Assembly: GCA_016782445.1 (NCBI GenBank) | Contig: JADHYM010000004.1 | Location: 1-52,192 of the forward strand | DNA: 52,192 bases | Reading direction: 5' to 3' | Source: Candidatus Omnitrophota bacterium | Lineage (GTDB): Bacteria > Omnitrophota > Gorgyraeia > JABMRN01 > RBG-13-46-9 | Part shown: positions 8,822-17,964 of the stretch, in pieces | Numbering within the stretch: position 1 is the stretch's first letter | Layout of the letters: every line of letters begins with the position of its first letter | Translations under genes and position numbers: made by a program | The notes under the pieces: generated by a model | Database searches by the model: none | Told to the model about the DNA's origin: nothing | Seen by the model: the letters and a program-made list of their open reading frames with translations, nothing else

Positions 8822-10134
8822 AGAAAACGATTTGCATTGTAGGCGGTAAAAAAACATTCGAACATCTAACAAGGATTCTTCTTGCCCTGGGTCTGAAAGT
8901 AATCAACGAAAACACGGAAGGCAAAATAAAACGTCTATCAAGGCTAAAAAGCACAGGGCTTTTTATTTTGGATCTGGGTAGTTTAAAAAAAGGAAAGCTG
9001 AAATCAAAGTTGTTCCGAGTCCTCTCTGAGTCGGGTAAAAAGTTTATTGTTTTGGCTTCCGGGGCAACATTCGACGTCGTGCGGGAGGCGCGGGAAGCCG
9101 GCGCTGCCGACTGCATAATAAAACCATATAACCAGCGAGAATTTATAAGCCGCTTTAATGCCGTGTTGAACAACAAGCGCAGGATATCCTGTATAGGAGG
9201 CGGGACCGGGATTTTTCACCTGCTTTTGGGGCTAAAATCGCTGCCGGGAGTTCTACTCACATCCATTGTCAACACGACCGATGATGGCGGTTCCTCGGGC
9301 CGGCTTAAGGCATCTCTGGGCATTCTGCCTCCCGGCGATGTCAGGAGAAGCCTGGTCGCTCTTTCCAACGCGCCCGAAATGATGAATAAGGTCATGCTGT
9401 ACAGGTTTCGTAAAATAGAAGGGCTCGCCGGGCACAGCCTGGGAAATCTTTTTCTCACGGCCCTTACGGATATAAACAGGTCTTTTTCAAAAGCCGTCAA
9501 GGCCATCGGTGATATAATGAACATCCAGGGCATTGTTCAAGCGGTTGCGAAGGACCCTACGACATTGTTTGCGCTTTTTGAGGACGGTACAGTAATAAAA
9601 GGCGAAAGCATGATCGACATCGGAAAGGGCAGGAACCTAAAACTTCGCATAAAAAAAGTATGGCACGAACCCCCTATTCAATGCAGTGTCGAAGCGTTTT
9701 CTTCTATCATAAATTCGGATATAGTTATTCTCGGGCCCGGAGACCTTTTTACGAGTATCATAACCAATGTTCTCGTTAAAAATATAAATAGCGCGCTGGC
9801 CGAAACAAAAGCGAAAAAGATCTATATCTGCAACCTCATGACAAAACCGGGAGAAACCCCGGGGTACGATGCCTGCGATCATGTCAGGGAGATTGTGAAG
9901 TATACAGGAGGCGGCCGGCTGGATTACGTCATAATATCAAATACGAAGCTTTCCAAAAAAGCCATGAGGGAATATGCCGGCAAGGGCCAAATACCGGTTA
10001 AGGCCGGTGATACGGACGAGATCCGCCGCATGGCAAAAGGGCAGATTATACTGTCTGATGTCGGCGATTCAACCGACCTCGTAAGGCACAATGAGCCTAA
10101 AATAAGAAAGGCCATAAAAGCCATTCTTTCCTAA
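8818..10134 (+). CDS. yvcK: Receiver-domain fusion of YvcK/GlmR (UPF0052) UDP-GlcNAc-binding protein
   Basis: N-terminal REC (FILD...GAADCIIKPY), then IGGGTG, DDGGSSGRL, PPGD, GHSLGNL, GPGDLFTSI, NLMTKPGET, RH motifs; TTG start overlaps the pelG stop. Confidence 0.88.
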   Translation: MKKTICIVGGKKTFEHLTRILLALGLKVINENTEGKIKRLSRLKSTGLFILDLGSLKKGKLKSKLFRVLSESGKKFIVLASGATFDVVREAREAGAADCIIKPYNQREFISRFNAVLNNKRRISCIGGGTGIFHLLLGLKSLPGVLLTSIVNTTDDGGSSGRLKASLGILPPGDVRRSLVALSNAPEMMNKVMLYRFRKIEGLAGHSLGNLFLTALTDINRSFSKAVKAIGDIMNIQGIVQAVAKDPTTLFALFEDGTVIKGESMIDIGKGRNLKLRIKKVWHEPPIQCSVEAFSSIINSDIVILGPGDLFTSIITNVLVKNINSALAETKAKKIYICNLMTKPGETPGYDACDHVREIVKYTGGGRLDYVIISNTKLSKKAMREYAGKGQIPVKAGDTDEIRRMAKGQIILSDVGDSTDLVRHNEPKIRKAIKAILS

Positions 10135-10189
10135 CCCTCTTAGTATCAAGTCGCCGGAAGAATGCTTGGTTTGCAGCCTACTTTTACCC

Positions 10190-10218
10190 TTGACATAAAA
10201 GACGCGATGTGGTAAATT
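10190..10218 (+). promoter_or_regulatory. sigma70-type promoter of rplM-rpsI
   Basis: TTGACA(10190)-17 bp-TAAATT(10213) with extended -10 TG. Confidence 0.7.
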
Positions 10219-10231
10219 TACCGTCTATCTT

Positions 10232-10660
10232 ATGAAGACAACATACCCGAAAAAGGGTGAAATAATAAGGACGGTTTATCTTGCAGATGCGCGCGATAAG
10301 GTGCTTGGCAGAGCTGCCACGCGAATCGCGTCTATCCTGAAGGGAAAGCATAAGGTCGACTATTCGCCGCATCTCGATTGTGGAGACGGTGTTATTGTTC
10401 TAAATGCTGATAAGGTAAGGATTACGGGAAAAAAGCTTGAGCAAAAGGAATACAAGCGTTTTTCCGGCTATCCCGGCGGGTTGAAGCTTGAAAAGCTCGA
10501 GAGTCTCTTAAAAAGAAAGCCCACAGAGCCCTTAAGGCACGCTGTTTGGGGTATGCTTCCGAAGAATAAACTTGGGCGCCTCATGATAAAGCGCCTTAAA
10601 CTTTATACAGGGGATAAGCACCCTCATATAGCACAGAAACCGAAGCAACTAGAAGTTTAG
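10232..10660 (+). CDS. rplM: 50S ribosomal protein L13
   Basis: LGRAATRIASILKGKHK, DCGD, SGYPGGLK, AVWGMLPKNKLGR. Confidence 0.98.
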   Translation: MKTTYPKKGEIIRTVYLADARDKVLGRAATRIASILKGKHKVDYSPHLDCGDGVIVLNADKVRITGKKLEQKEYKRFSGYPGGLKLEKLESLLKRKPTEPLRHAVWGMLPKNKLGRLMIKRLKLYTGDKHPHIAQKPKQLEV

Positions 10661-10662
10661 TT

Positions 10663-10748
10663 ACGAAGGGACGAAAGGACGAGGGACGATGGACGAATCG
10701 TCTTTTCGTCTGAGCGAGCGAAGTGAGCGGTCGTCCTATCGTCCATCG
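10663..10748. repeat. Intergenic GGACGAN tandem array with inverted TCGTCC copies (hairpin)
   Basis: Four GGACGAN copies at 10669-10697, then TCGTCT/TCGTCC copies to 10744. Confidence 0.75.
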
Positions 10749-10761
10749 GAACGAGGAATAT

Positions 10762-11166
10762 ATGACAGAACAAATAAAAACGAAATACGTGCAGGCCACG
10801 GGCCGTCGGAAAGAATCTATCGCGCGGGTATTCTTGCGCGAAGGAACGGGTAAGATCTTAGTCAATAAACGTTCCTTTGAGGAATATTTCCCGCGGGAAT
10901 CGCACCGCCTTATTATCAACCAACCGATAAAAGCGGCACAACTTGAGAACAAGTTTGATATATCTGCTAATATACGGGGCGGCGGGGTAAGCGGACAGGC
11001 AGGCGCCTTGATGCATGGTATTTCAAGAGCCATCGTAAATTTTGATTTGAATCTTCGCTCGGTCCTGAAGAAGGAAGGGTTTCTAACAAGGGACCCCAGG
11101 GCAAAGGAAAGAAAGAAATACGGCAGAAAACGCGCCAGAAAGAGGTTTCAGTACTCCAAGCGCTAA
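10762..11166 (+). CDS. rpsI: 30S ribosomal protein S9
   Basis: [36 protein letters not shown]...FQYSKR; start moved to ATG 10762 behind GAGG. Confidence 0.98.
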   Translation: MTEQIKTKYVQATGRRKESIARVFLREGTGKILVNKRSFEEYFPRESHRLIINQPIKAAQLENKFDISANIRGGGVSGQAGALMHGISRAIVNFDLNLRSVLKKEGFLTRDPRAKERKKYGRKRARKRFQYSKR

Positions 11167-11181
11167 TTCAAGACGCTTTAA

Positions 11182-11235
11182 CGAGTAATTGGTAATTGGT
11201 AATTTGTGAAAAAATGACAAATTACAAATTACTCG
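11182..11235. repeat. Hairpin built of GTAATTG / CAAATTA heptamers; possible terminator or processing site after rpsI
   Basis: CGAGTAATTGGTAATTGGTAATTTGT...ACAAATTACAAATTACTCG. Confidence 0.65.
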
Positions 11236-11284
11236 AACATAACCAGAAAGTCTGCTCCGTCAAGTTTTCCGACGAGAAAATATA

Positions 11285-11313
11285 TTGACAGTGTAGGCTT
11301 TTTTGTTTATACT
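11285..11313 (+). promoter_or_regulatory. sigma70-type promoter of the four-helix-bundle/arg operon
   Basis: TTGACA(11285)-17 bp-TATACT(11308). Confidence 0.75.
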
Positions 11314-11317
11314 GGAA

Positions 11318-11359
11318 CAGCGGACAGAAGACAGAGGCCAGAGGTCAGAAGGCAGAATG
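11318..11359 (+). repeat. Six CAGANNN heptamers (left arm)
   Basis: CAGCGGA CAGAAGA CAGAGGC CAGAGGT CAGAAGG CAGAATG; the last unit supplies the ATG. Confidence 0.85.
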
Positions 11360-11740
11360 AAAACAATAGCGATTAAGAGCATAAACGATTTGAAAGTATA
11401 TAAAATAGCCTATGAACTTGCTATGGAGGTATTTGAAATAAGCAAAATGTTCCCAAAAGAAGAAACTTATTCATTAAAAGATCAAATTAGGCGTTCATCC
11501 AGATCGATTGCTATGAATATTAGAGAAGGTTATGCTAAGAGAAAGTATGAGCAAGTATTCATTCGACACCTAAACGATTCTTTAGGATCATCCGAAGAAA
11601 CAAGAGGGTGGTTGAGTTTTGCAAGAGATTGCAAATATATAAATGCAGTAGATCATAAAAGATTAGATGACAGATATGATGAGGTTAACGCCATGCTTTA
11701 TAGCTTAATGAACAGCTGGCAAAATTTTTCTAACCTATAA
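11357..11740 (+). CDS. Four-helix-bundle protein (23S rRNA intervening-sequence protein family, TIGR02436/PF05635-like)
   Basis: DLKVYK...FPKEETYSLKDQIRRSSRSIAMNIREGY...GSSEET; the upstream extension in the ORF track is translated repeat. Confidence 0.92.
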   Translation: MKTIAIKSINDLKVYKIAYELAMEVFEISKMFPKEETYSLKDQIRRSSRSIAMNIREGYAKRKYEQVFIRHLNDSLGSSEETRGWLSFARDCKYINAVDHKRLDDRYDEVNAMLYSLMNSWQNFSNL

Positions 11741-11742
11741 AA

Positions 11743-11819
<77 letters not shown>

Positions 11820-11829
11820 GGAGTAAACG

Positions 11830-12852
11830 ATGATTAAAGTTGGAGTAATAGGCGCCACCGGTTATACGGGCGAAGAGATCGTGAAGATACTCATCCGGCA
11901 TAAGGATGTCGACCTGGCTGTGTTGCAGGCAGTGATCGAGAAAGAGGTGCCCATATCGGATATTTTACCTGAGTTAAAAGGTAAAACGAATCTCGTATGC
12001 AAAAAACCGGACCTGGAAGAAGCAAAGAAAAAAGCAGAACTTTTCTTTCTTGCTCTTCCGCACACCGTTTCAATGAAGATCGCGCCGGCGTTACTCGAAG
12101 CCGGTAAAAAGGTGATAGACCTGAGCGCGGATTATAGATTGGAAGCCGGCGAATACGAAAAGTGGTATAAAACAAAGCACATTGACACCGCCAATATCGA
12201 AAAAGCGGTATACGGCTTGCCCGAGCTTTTTAGGGAAAAAGTAAAGAAGGCTCATTTTATAGCAAACCCCGGCTGTTACCCGACGGGAGCGATGCTCGCG
12301 ATAGCACCGCTTCTTGAAAAGAATTTAATTCAAACCGATAATATAATATGCGACGCGAAGAGCGGGATTACAGGGGCAGGCCGAAAACCGGGATGGAACC
12401 TGGAAAACCCGGACATAAAAGGCAACTTTAAGGCGTATAAAGTAAACAGCCATCAGCATTCGCCGGAGATAGACAGGATACTAAGTGAGATTCACGGCAA
12501 AGGCATAAAAGTTACATTTGTTCCGCATCTTTTGCCGCTTGAGAGAGGCATACTCTCTACCGTATACATGAAAGCCAAAAGCGGCCTGGAATACGAAAAA
12601 GTCGCAGGAGTTTTCAGGGAAAAATACAAGAACTGTCCTTTTGTAAGGATAAAGCCTGAGGGAGAATTTCCGCAGCTAAAAGAAGTAGCGTGCACGAATT
12701 TCTTTGATCTTGGCCTGGCAGTGGATAAGAGTAAAAAGCTCATAATTGCGGTAAGCGCGATTGATAATTTATTAAAAGGCGCTGCGGGGCAAGCTGTACA
12801 GAACATGAATATAATGTGCGCATTCGAGGAGACTGAGGGTTTAACGAATTGA
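11830..12852 (+). CDS. argC: N-acetyl-gamma-glutamyl-phosphate reductase
   Basis: GATGYTG, DLSADYR, IANPGCYPT, SGITGAGR, DNLLKGAAGQAVQNMN. Confidence 0.97.
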   Translation: MIKVGVIGATGYTGEEIVKILIRHKDVDLAVLQAVIEKEVPISDILPELKGKTNLVCKKPDLEEAKKKAELFFLALPHTVSMKIAPALLEAGKKVIDLSADYRLEAGEYEKWYKTKHIDTANIEKAVYGLPELFREKVKKAHFIANPGCYPTGAMLAIAPLLEKNLIQTDNIICDAKSGITGAGRKPGWNLENPDIKGNFKAYKVNSHQHSPEIDRILSEIHGKGIKVTFVPHLLPLERGILSTVYMKAKSGLEYEKVAGVFREKYKNCPFVRIKPEGEFPQLKEVACTNFFDLGLAVDKSKKLIIAVSAIDNLLKGAAGQAVQNMNIMCAFEETEGLTN

Positions 12853-12853
12853 G

Positions 12854-12894
12854 TTTCTGAACCGGGTTCAGAAGAAGTGAACCCGGTTCAGAAA
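12854..12894. repeat. Perfect 17-bp inverted repeat (REP-like hairpin)
   Basis: TTTCTGAACCGGGTTCA-gaagaag-TGAACCCGGTTCAGAAA. Confidence 0.85.
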
Positions 12895-12971
12895 GATACG
12901 AATGACTTCGATGAGATAAGGTATATTTGCTTTTCTCAAAAGAGACCTGGAAGTTTATAAAAAAATACAAA

Positions 12972-13202
12972 ATGAATGATTTTAACTTAGATCATCACAG
13001 AAGAAGATGGAAATCATACGGCGAGTTTGAAAAGAGGCAAAAAAGAATATTTCTTAATAGCCTTACTGTCGCAAAAAGCTTTAGAATATTTAAAAATCTT
13101 TTCGCCTTTGCATATAGCTGCAACAAAAAGATTAAGCCCGGACCGGAAAACTTAAAAGGACTTGTTCGAATACATCAGATGTTCGGGAGGGTCCAGAAGT
13201 GA
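12972..13202 (+). CDS. Small basic hypothetical protein, putative partner/antitoxin of the downstream nucleotidyltransferase (start uncertain; TTG at 12927 possible)
   Basis: Stop overlaps the GTG start of the NTase gene (GTGA). Confidence 0.55.
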   Translation: MNDFNLDHHRRRWKSYGEFEKRQKRIFLNSLTVAKSFRIFKNLFAFAYSCNKKIKPGPENLKGLVRIHQMFGRVQK

Positions 13203-13771
13203 ATTTTACCGTTTCAAAGCTTAAGAAAATTATAAGACTGCTGTCTTCGGAAAAAATCGAATACGCAATACTGGGAGGAATAGCGGTTTTAGTATACGGC
13301 GAACCGAGATTTACCGCCGATATCGACATTAATATAATATTTGATAGAAAGCGGGTAGGCGAGCTGGTAAGAGCCGCAAAAAAGCACAATATATTCCCGG
13401 TAGCTAGGGACTCGAAAAAAATAGCCGAAAAAACCGGAGTGCTGTGCCTCAAACTTAAGGAAAAGCGCGAAAGCTTTTTTGTGGACATTATAATCGCTGA
13501 AAATATGCTTGAGTTTTCTGCGATAAAAAGAAGCCGTTTGAAAAAAATAGATTCTATCAAAGCCAGGTTTGTGAGTCCGGAGGACCTGGTGATACATAAA
13601 ATAACAGGCGCGAGAGCGCACGACTTTGATGATTTACAGAGCGTTCTTAGGCGTCAAAAAGGCAAGCTTGATTTAAGGTATATTACAAAATGGCTTAAAA
13701 AAATTGATGTTGCAAACGGAACAAGCTTAAGAAAAGAATTTAAACAACTGATAGCGGAAGCTAGAAAATGA
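13199..13771 (+). CDS. Nucleotidyltransferase (DUF6036/AbiEii-like toxin family)
   Basis: YAILGGIAV..YGEPRFTADID, VDII, SPEDLVIHK..GARAHDFDD. Confidence 0.85.
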   Translation: MNFTVSKLKKIIRLLSSEKIEYAILGGIAVLVYGEPRFTADIDINIIFDRKRVGELVRAAKKHNIFPVARDSKKIAEKTGVLCLKLKEKRESFFVDIIIAENMLEFSAIKRSRLKKIDSIKARFVSPEDLVIHKITGARAHDFDDLQSVLRRQKGKLDLRYITKWLKKIDVANGTSLRKEFKQLIAEARK

Positions 13772-14955
13772 AAAAAATATTACCAAAAGGTTTTCTGGCC
13801 AGCGGTATACACTGTGGCCTTAAGAAAAGAAAGCCGGATCTTGCGCTTTTGTATTCAAAAATGGGCTGTAAGGCAGCCGGTATTTTTACGAAAAACAAGG
13901 TAAAGGCAGCGCCTGTTCTCGTATCAAAAGCAGTGCTTAAACAGAATAAGCCTATACACGCTATTATTACGAATAGCGCAAATGCCAACTGCTGCACCGG
14001 GTGGTATGGCCCGAGGGATGCGAAGCGCATGATGCATGCCGTAGGGAAAAGCCTTAAGATTGGTTTTAATAACATCCTTGTCATGTCAACAGGCATAATA
14101 GGAAAGAGGCTCCCGATAGAAAAAATAGAAAATTCCGTGCCAAAGCTAGTAAAAACGCTGTCCGAAAAAGGGCTTTTGAGCGCTTCAAAGGCAATACTTA
14201 CGACTGGTAAAAAACCGAGGGTATATACGGAAAAAATAGTAGTAAGGGGAAAGGAAATCATAATAACCGGCTTCGCAAAGGGGGCCGGGATGATAAATCC
14301 GAATATGGCTACCATGCTCGCTTTTCTTTTAACGGACGCAAGAGTCGACAAGAGCGCCTTAAAAGGCGCGTTAAAAGAAGCCGCAGACGGCACGTTTAAT
14401 TCCATAACCGTAGACGGCGACATGAGTACTAACGATTCCGTTATTCTTCTGGCAAACGGTTCTGCCGGGAACAGGCCGATAAAGAAAGAAACCAAGGAGT
14501 ACTCGGTTTTTCTGAAAGCCCTGACTCATATATGCGAAAAACTGTCCCAGGATATCATAAAAGACGGTGAGGGTGCGACAAAATTCGTTACGGTAACGGT
14601 CAAAAGCGCAGCGACAAAGAAAGACGCCTGCAAGGTAGCGCGTTCGATTGCAAATTCGCCTCTTGTGAAGACGAGCATACATGGTGAAAACCCGAACTGG
14701 GGGAGAGTCGCCTCAAGCGTGGGCGCAAGCGGCGCCAAGAGTATTGCGCCAAACAAAATAGAGGTTTATCTCGATGAGGTGTGCGTTTTTAAAAACGGAA
14801 AATTCACGATGCCCCAAGGCTTGAAATATGCGCGGATTTACAAAAAGAAAAATGTCTCGGTAATGGTAAATCTGAACGCGGGAAAAGAAGAGGCCACGGT
14901 TTTTACGTGCGACCTTTCTAAGAAATATGTCGAAATAAACGCGAGGTATAGCTAA
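13768..14955 (+). CDS. argJ: Ornithine acetyltransferase / N-acetylglutamate synthase
   Basis: PKGF, NSANANCCTG, STGIIG, KGAGMINPNMATML, DGDMSTND, DGEGATK, NWGR. Confidence 0.97.
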   Translation: MKKILPKGFLASGIHCGLKKRKPDLALLYSKMGCKAAGIFTKNKVKAAPVLVSKAVLKQNKPIHAIITNSANANCCTGWYGPRDAKRMMHAVGKSLKIGFNNILVMSTGIIGKRLPIEKIENSVPKLVKTLSEKGLLSASKAILTTGKKPRVYTEKIVVRGKEIIITGFAKGAGMINPNMATMLAFLLTDARVDKSALKGALKEAADGTFNSITVDGDMSTNDSVILLANGSAGNRPIKKETKEYSVFLKALTHICEKLSQDIIKDGEGATKFVTVTVKSAATKKDACKVARSIANSPLVKTSIHGENPNWGRVASSVGASGAKSIAPNKIEVYLDEVCVFKNGKFTMPQGLKYARIYKKKNVSVMVNLNAGKEEATVFTCDLSKKYVEINARYS

Positions 14956-14957
14956 AC

Positions 14958-15848
14958 ATGGAAGAAGCGATAAGAAAGTCACAAGTCCTCATAGAGGCGT
15001 TGCCGTACATAAAAAAGTTTTTCGGGAAAGTTTTTATCATAAAATTCGGTGGCTCCGCGCTTTCGGATGAAAAAATAAGGCATAGCGTGCTCGAGGATAT
15101 CATGTTCATGAACTACGCCGGCATGAAGCCGGTCCTTGTGCACGGCGGGGGGCCGTTCATAAACGAGAAGTTGAAAGAGGCGAAAAAGAAGCCACGGTTC
15201 GTAGACGGCCTTAGAGTAACCGATAAAAAAACGCTGGAAATAGTGGACTCGGCCCTGACAGAGCTTAACCGTACCATGGTAGAGGAAATTAAAAAAATGG
15301 GAGCCGAAGCCTTCGGCTTAAGCTGTAAGGAAAACAGATTGATCGTCGCTAAGAAAATACAAGGGACGAGCGAAGACGTAGGGTTCGTAGGCCAGGTCGA
15401 GTCGGTCGATACGACGGTTCTCACGAGGCTGATAAATACTAACATAATTCCGGTCGTGTCGCCGGTGGCGATGGGTGAAAACGGCGAACTTTATAATATA
15501 AACGCTGATGAAGCCGCCTCGCATCTTGCCATGGCCCTTAAGGCGGATAAACTTTTTGTCCTGACAAACGTGCGGGGCATAATGAAGGATAAAGACGATC
15601 TTGGCACGCTTTACGGATCTTTAAGCCTGTCCGACGTGAAGACGCTTTTAGATAAAAAAATCGTAGAATCGGGAATGATACCGAAGACAAAGGCTTGCAT
15701 GAGCGCGCTCGAGGGAAAGGTAAAGAAGGCGCACATAATAGACGGGAACCTCCCGCACGCGCTTCTTTTGGAAATATTCACGGATAAGGGTATTGGAACG
15801 GAAATTATTAAGTTGGGAAGAAGAACTAAGGCGACGGAAGGGTTATGA
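14958..15848 (+). CDS. argB: Acetylglutamate kinase
   Basis: EALPYI, IKFGG, VHGGGP, GLRVTD, NINAD, GMIPK, LLEIFTDKGIGT. Confidence 0.97.
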   Translation: MEEAIRKSQVLIEALPYIKKFFGKVFIIKFGGSALSDEKIRHSVLEDIMFMNYAGMKPVLVHGGGPFINEKLKEAKKKPRFVDGLRVTDKKTLEIVDSALTELNRTMVEEIKKMGAEAFGLSCKENRLIVAKKIQGTSEDVGFVGQVESVDTTVLTRLINTNIIPVVSPVAMGENGELYNINADEAASHLAMALKADKLFVLTNVRGIMKDKDDLGTLYGSLSLSDVKTLLDKKIVESGMIPKTKACMSALEGKVKKAHIIDGNLPHALLLEIFTDKGIGTEIIKLGRRTKATEGL

Positions 15849-15870
15849 TAGTCATAAGGGGTAAGGTAAG

Positions 15871-17049
15871 ATGAAATCAAAGGACGTAACAAAGCTTTAC
15901 GATAAGTATGTAATGAAAACCTATACGAGAGTTCCTCTCGTATTTGAGAAAGCCAGGGGCGCCGATGTTACTGATATCGACGGCAAGAAGTACCTTGATT
16001 TTTTTCCGGGCTGGGCGGTAAGCGGGATAGGGCATTGCCACCCCGGGGTGCAAAAAGCCGTATCGAGACAGGTTAAAAAACTTATACACGTATCGAATAA
16101 TTATTATAGTGCGCTTCAGGGGATGCTCGCTAAGAAAATAATTTCGCACTCCTTTCCGGGAAAGGTGTTTTTTGCCAATTCAGGAGCCGAGGCGAATGAG
16201 GCCGCAGTGAAGCTGGCGCGGTTGTATGGGCATGAAAAGGGAAAATATGAGATCATTACGATGAAGAAGTCCTTTCACGGAAGGACGCTCGCTATGATAA
16301 CGGCTACGGGCCAGGATAAGGTAAAAAAAGGGTTTAGCCCGCTTCCCGCGGGATTTAAGCACGTTCCCTTTAACGATTACAAGGCGCTTGCAAAAGCCGT
16401 AAACGCGAAAACCGCCGGTATAATGCTCGAGCTTATCCAGTGCGAAGGCGGTATCAATATAGCCTCGAAGGAATATATAAGGAAGGTAAGGAGGCTGTGC
16501 GATAAAAAAGGCATAGTCTTTATAATAGATGAAGTGCAGACAGGCATGGGCCGGACAGGAAAAATGTTTTGCTACCAGAATTATGCAGTAAAGCCGGACG
16601 TCATAACGCTTGCGAAGGCGATCGGCGGCGGACTTCCCATAGGCGTCATGGTAGCGAGGGGAAAATTCAGAGATGTCCTGAAGCCCGGTACGCACGCCTC
16701 GACTTTCGGAGGAGGGCCGCTTGTAGCGGGAGCCGCGCTTTCGGTTTTTGAAGCTATAGAGCACGATAGGCTCCTTAAGAACGCCGAAAGAAAAGGAAAA
16801 TATCTTGTGGCTAAACTTCTTGGGCTCAAAAGAAAATACCCCTCGATAAAAGAGGTGAGGGCCGTTGCGCTTACGATAGGGGTGGAGCTTTCGATAAAGG
16901 GCGATGATATATATAAAAAGTGCCTCGAGAAGAGGCTTCTTATAAATTGTACTCAAGGGAATGTTTTGAGGATAATGCCGCCGATTACCGTAACTAGAAA
17001 TGAGATAGATAGGGCTATAAAAATACTTGATGAGGTTTTACATGGCTAA
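15871..17049 (+). CDS. argD: Acetylornithine aminotransferase
   Basis: NSGAEANE, SFHGRT, DEVQTGMGRTG, AKAIGGG, HASTFGG; arg operon context. Confidence 0.95.
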   Translation: MKSKDVTKLYDKYVMKTYTRVPLVFEKARGADVTDIDGKKYLDFFPGWAVSGIGHCHPGVQKAVSRQVKKLIHVSNNYYSALQGMLAKKIISHSFPGKVFFANSGAEANEAAVKLARLYGHEKGKYEIITMKKSFHGRTLAMITATGQDKVKKGFSPLPAGFKHVPFNDYKALAKAVNAKTAGIMLELIQCEGGINIASKEYIRKVRRLCDKKGIVFIIDEVQTGMGRTGKMFCYQNYAVKPDVITLAKAIGGGLPIGVMVARGKFRDVLKPGTHASTFGGGPLVAGAALSVFEAIEHDRLLKNAERKGKYLVAKLLGLKRKYPSIKEVRAVALTIGVELSIKGDDIYKKCLEKRLLINCTQGNVLRIMPPITVTRNEIDRAIKILDEVLHG

Positions 17050-17956
17050 AAGAGACCTGATTTCTATAACGGATTTCAAGAAACAGGAAATCCTTGGCCT
17101 TTTTAAGGAGGCTAAAAAGTTTAAAAAGAACCCATTTTGCAGGAAGAACGCGCTTTCTTCAAAATCAATAGCGCTTGTTTTTCAGAAACCGTCTAACAGG
17201 ACCAGGGTTTCTTTCGAGGTAGGGATGGTGGACCTGGGCGGGCACGCGGTATATCTGGGGCCCGACGAGCTTAAATTAGGCGTGAGGGAAAGCGTCAAGG
17301 ACATTGCCAAGGTTCTCTCCAGGTATCTTGACGGTATAGTAGCGAGAACGTTCAAGCATGAGGACGTGGTTGCCCTCGCAAAATTCTCCACGGTACCCGT
17401 AATAAACGGCTTAAGTGAGCTCTTGCATCCGTGCCAGGCGCTCGGGGATCTTTTTACGATAGACAATTATTTTGGAAATAAAAAAATAAAGATAGCCTTT
17501 ATCGGAGACGGAAATAACGTGCTTCATTCTTTACTTCTCGGATGCGGCATGCTCGGGAGGGATATATACGCGGCGACGCCCGCGGGCTGTGGTCCGAAGA
17601 AGGAGATCCTTAAAGCCGCCGGAAAGTTAGCGGCAAGAAGTAAATCTACGATCGAGATCACGCATGACGCTTGTGAATGCGTTAGCAATGCGGACGTTAT
17701 TTACACCGACGTATGGGTGAGTATGGGGCATGAGGCGGAAAGGGAAAAGAGAATAAAGCTTTTTAAACCGTTCCAGGTGAATAAAAAACTGGTTTCGCTG
17801 GCCAAGAAAAGCGCTTTGATAATGCACTGTCTTCCCGCTCACAGGGGAGAAGAGATAACCGACGAGGTCATAGATAGTAAGAACTCTGTCGTATACGAGC
17901 AGGCCGAAAACAGGATGCACGTGCAGAAGGCAGTACTCTTGAAATTGATAAAATAG
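17042..17956 (+). CDS. argF: Ornithine carbamoyltransferase
   Basis: KPSNRTRVSF, HPCQ, GDGNN, YTDVWVSMG, HCLP, QAENR; start placed at ATG 17042. Confidence 0.97.
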   Translation: MAKRDLISITDFKKQEILGLFKEAKKFKKNPFCRKNALSSKSIALVFQKPSNRTRVSFEVGMVDLGGHAVYLGPDELKLGVRESVKDIAKVLSRYLDGIVARTFKHEDVVALAKFSTVPVINGLSELLHPCQALGDLFTIDNYFGNKKIKIAFIGDGNNVLHSLLLGCGMLGRDIYAATPAGCGPKKEILKAAGKLAARSKSTIEITHDACECVSNADVIYTDVWVSMGHEAEREKRIKLFKPFQVNKKLVSLAKKSALIMHCLPAHRGEEITDEVIDSKNSVVYEQAENRMHVQKAVLLKLIK

Positions 17957-17964
17957 GTGAGGAA

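Noticed and set aside
11303-11356. N-terminal extension MFILEQRTEDRGQRSEGR of the four-helix-bundle ORF, and antisense ORF 11698-11901 (RSEVRCQKSEVRSQKTEDRRQKTEDR)
   Set aside because: These are translations of the heptamer repeats, and the TTG start overlaps the -10 box.
13761-16956. Long antisense ORFs (13761-14495, 244 aa; 16180-16956, 258 aa) and the many other minus-strand ORFs over arg/dap/pel/smc genes
   Set aside because: Shadow frames of well-supported genes with no independent motifs.
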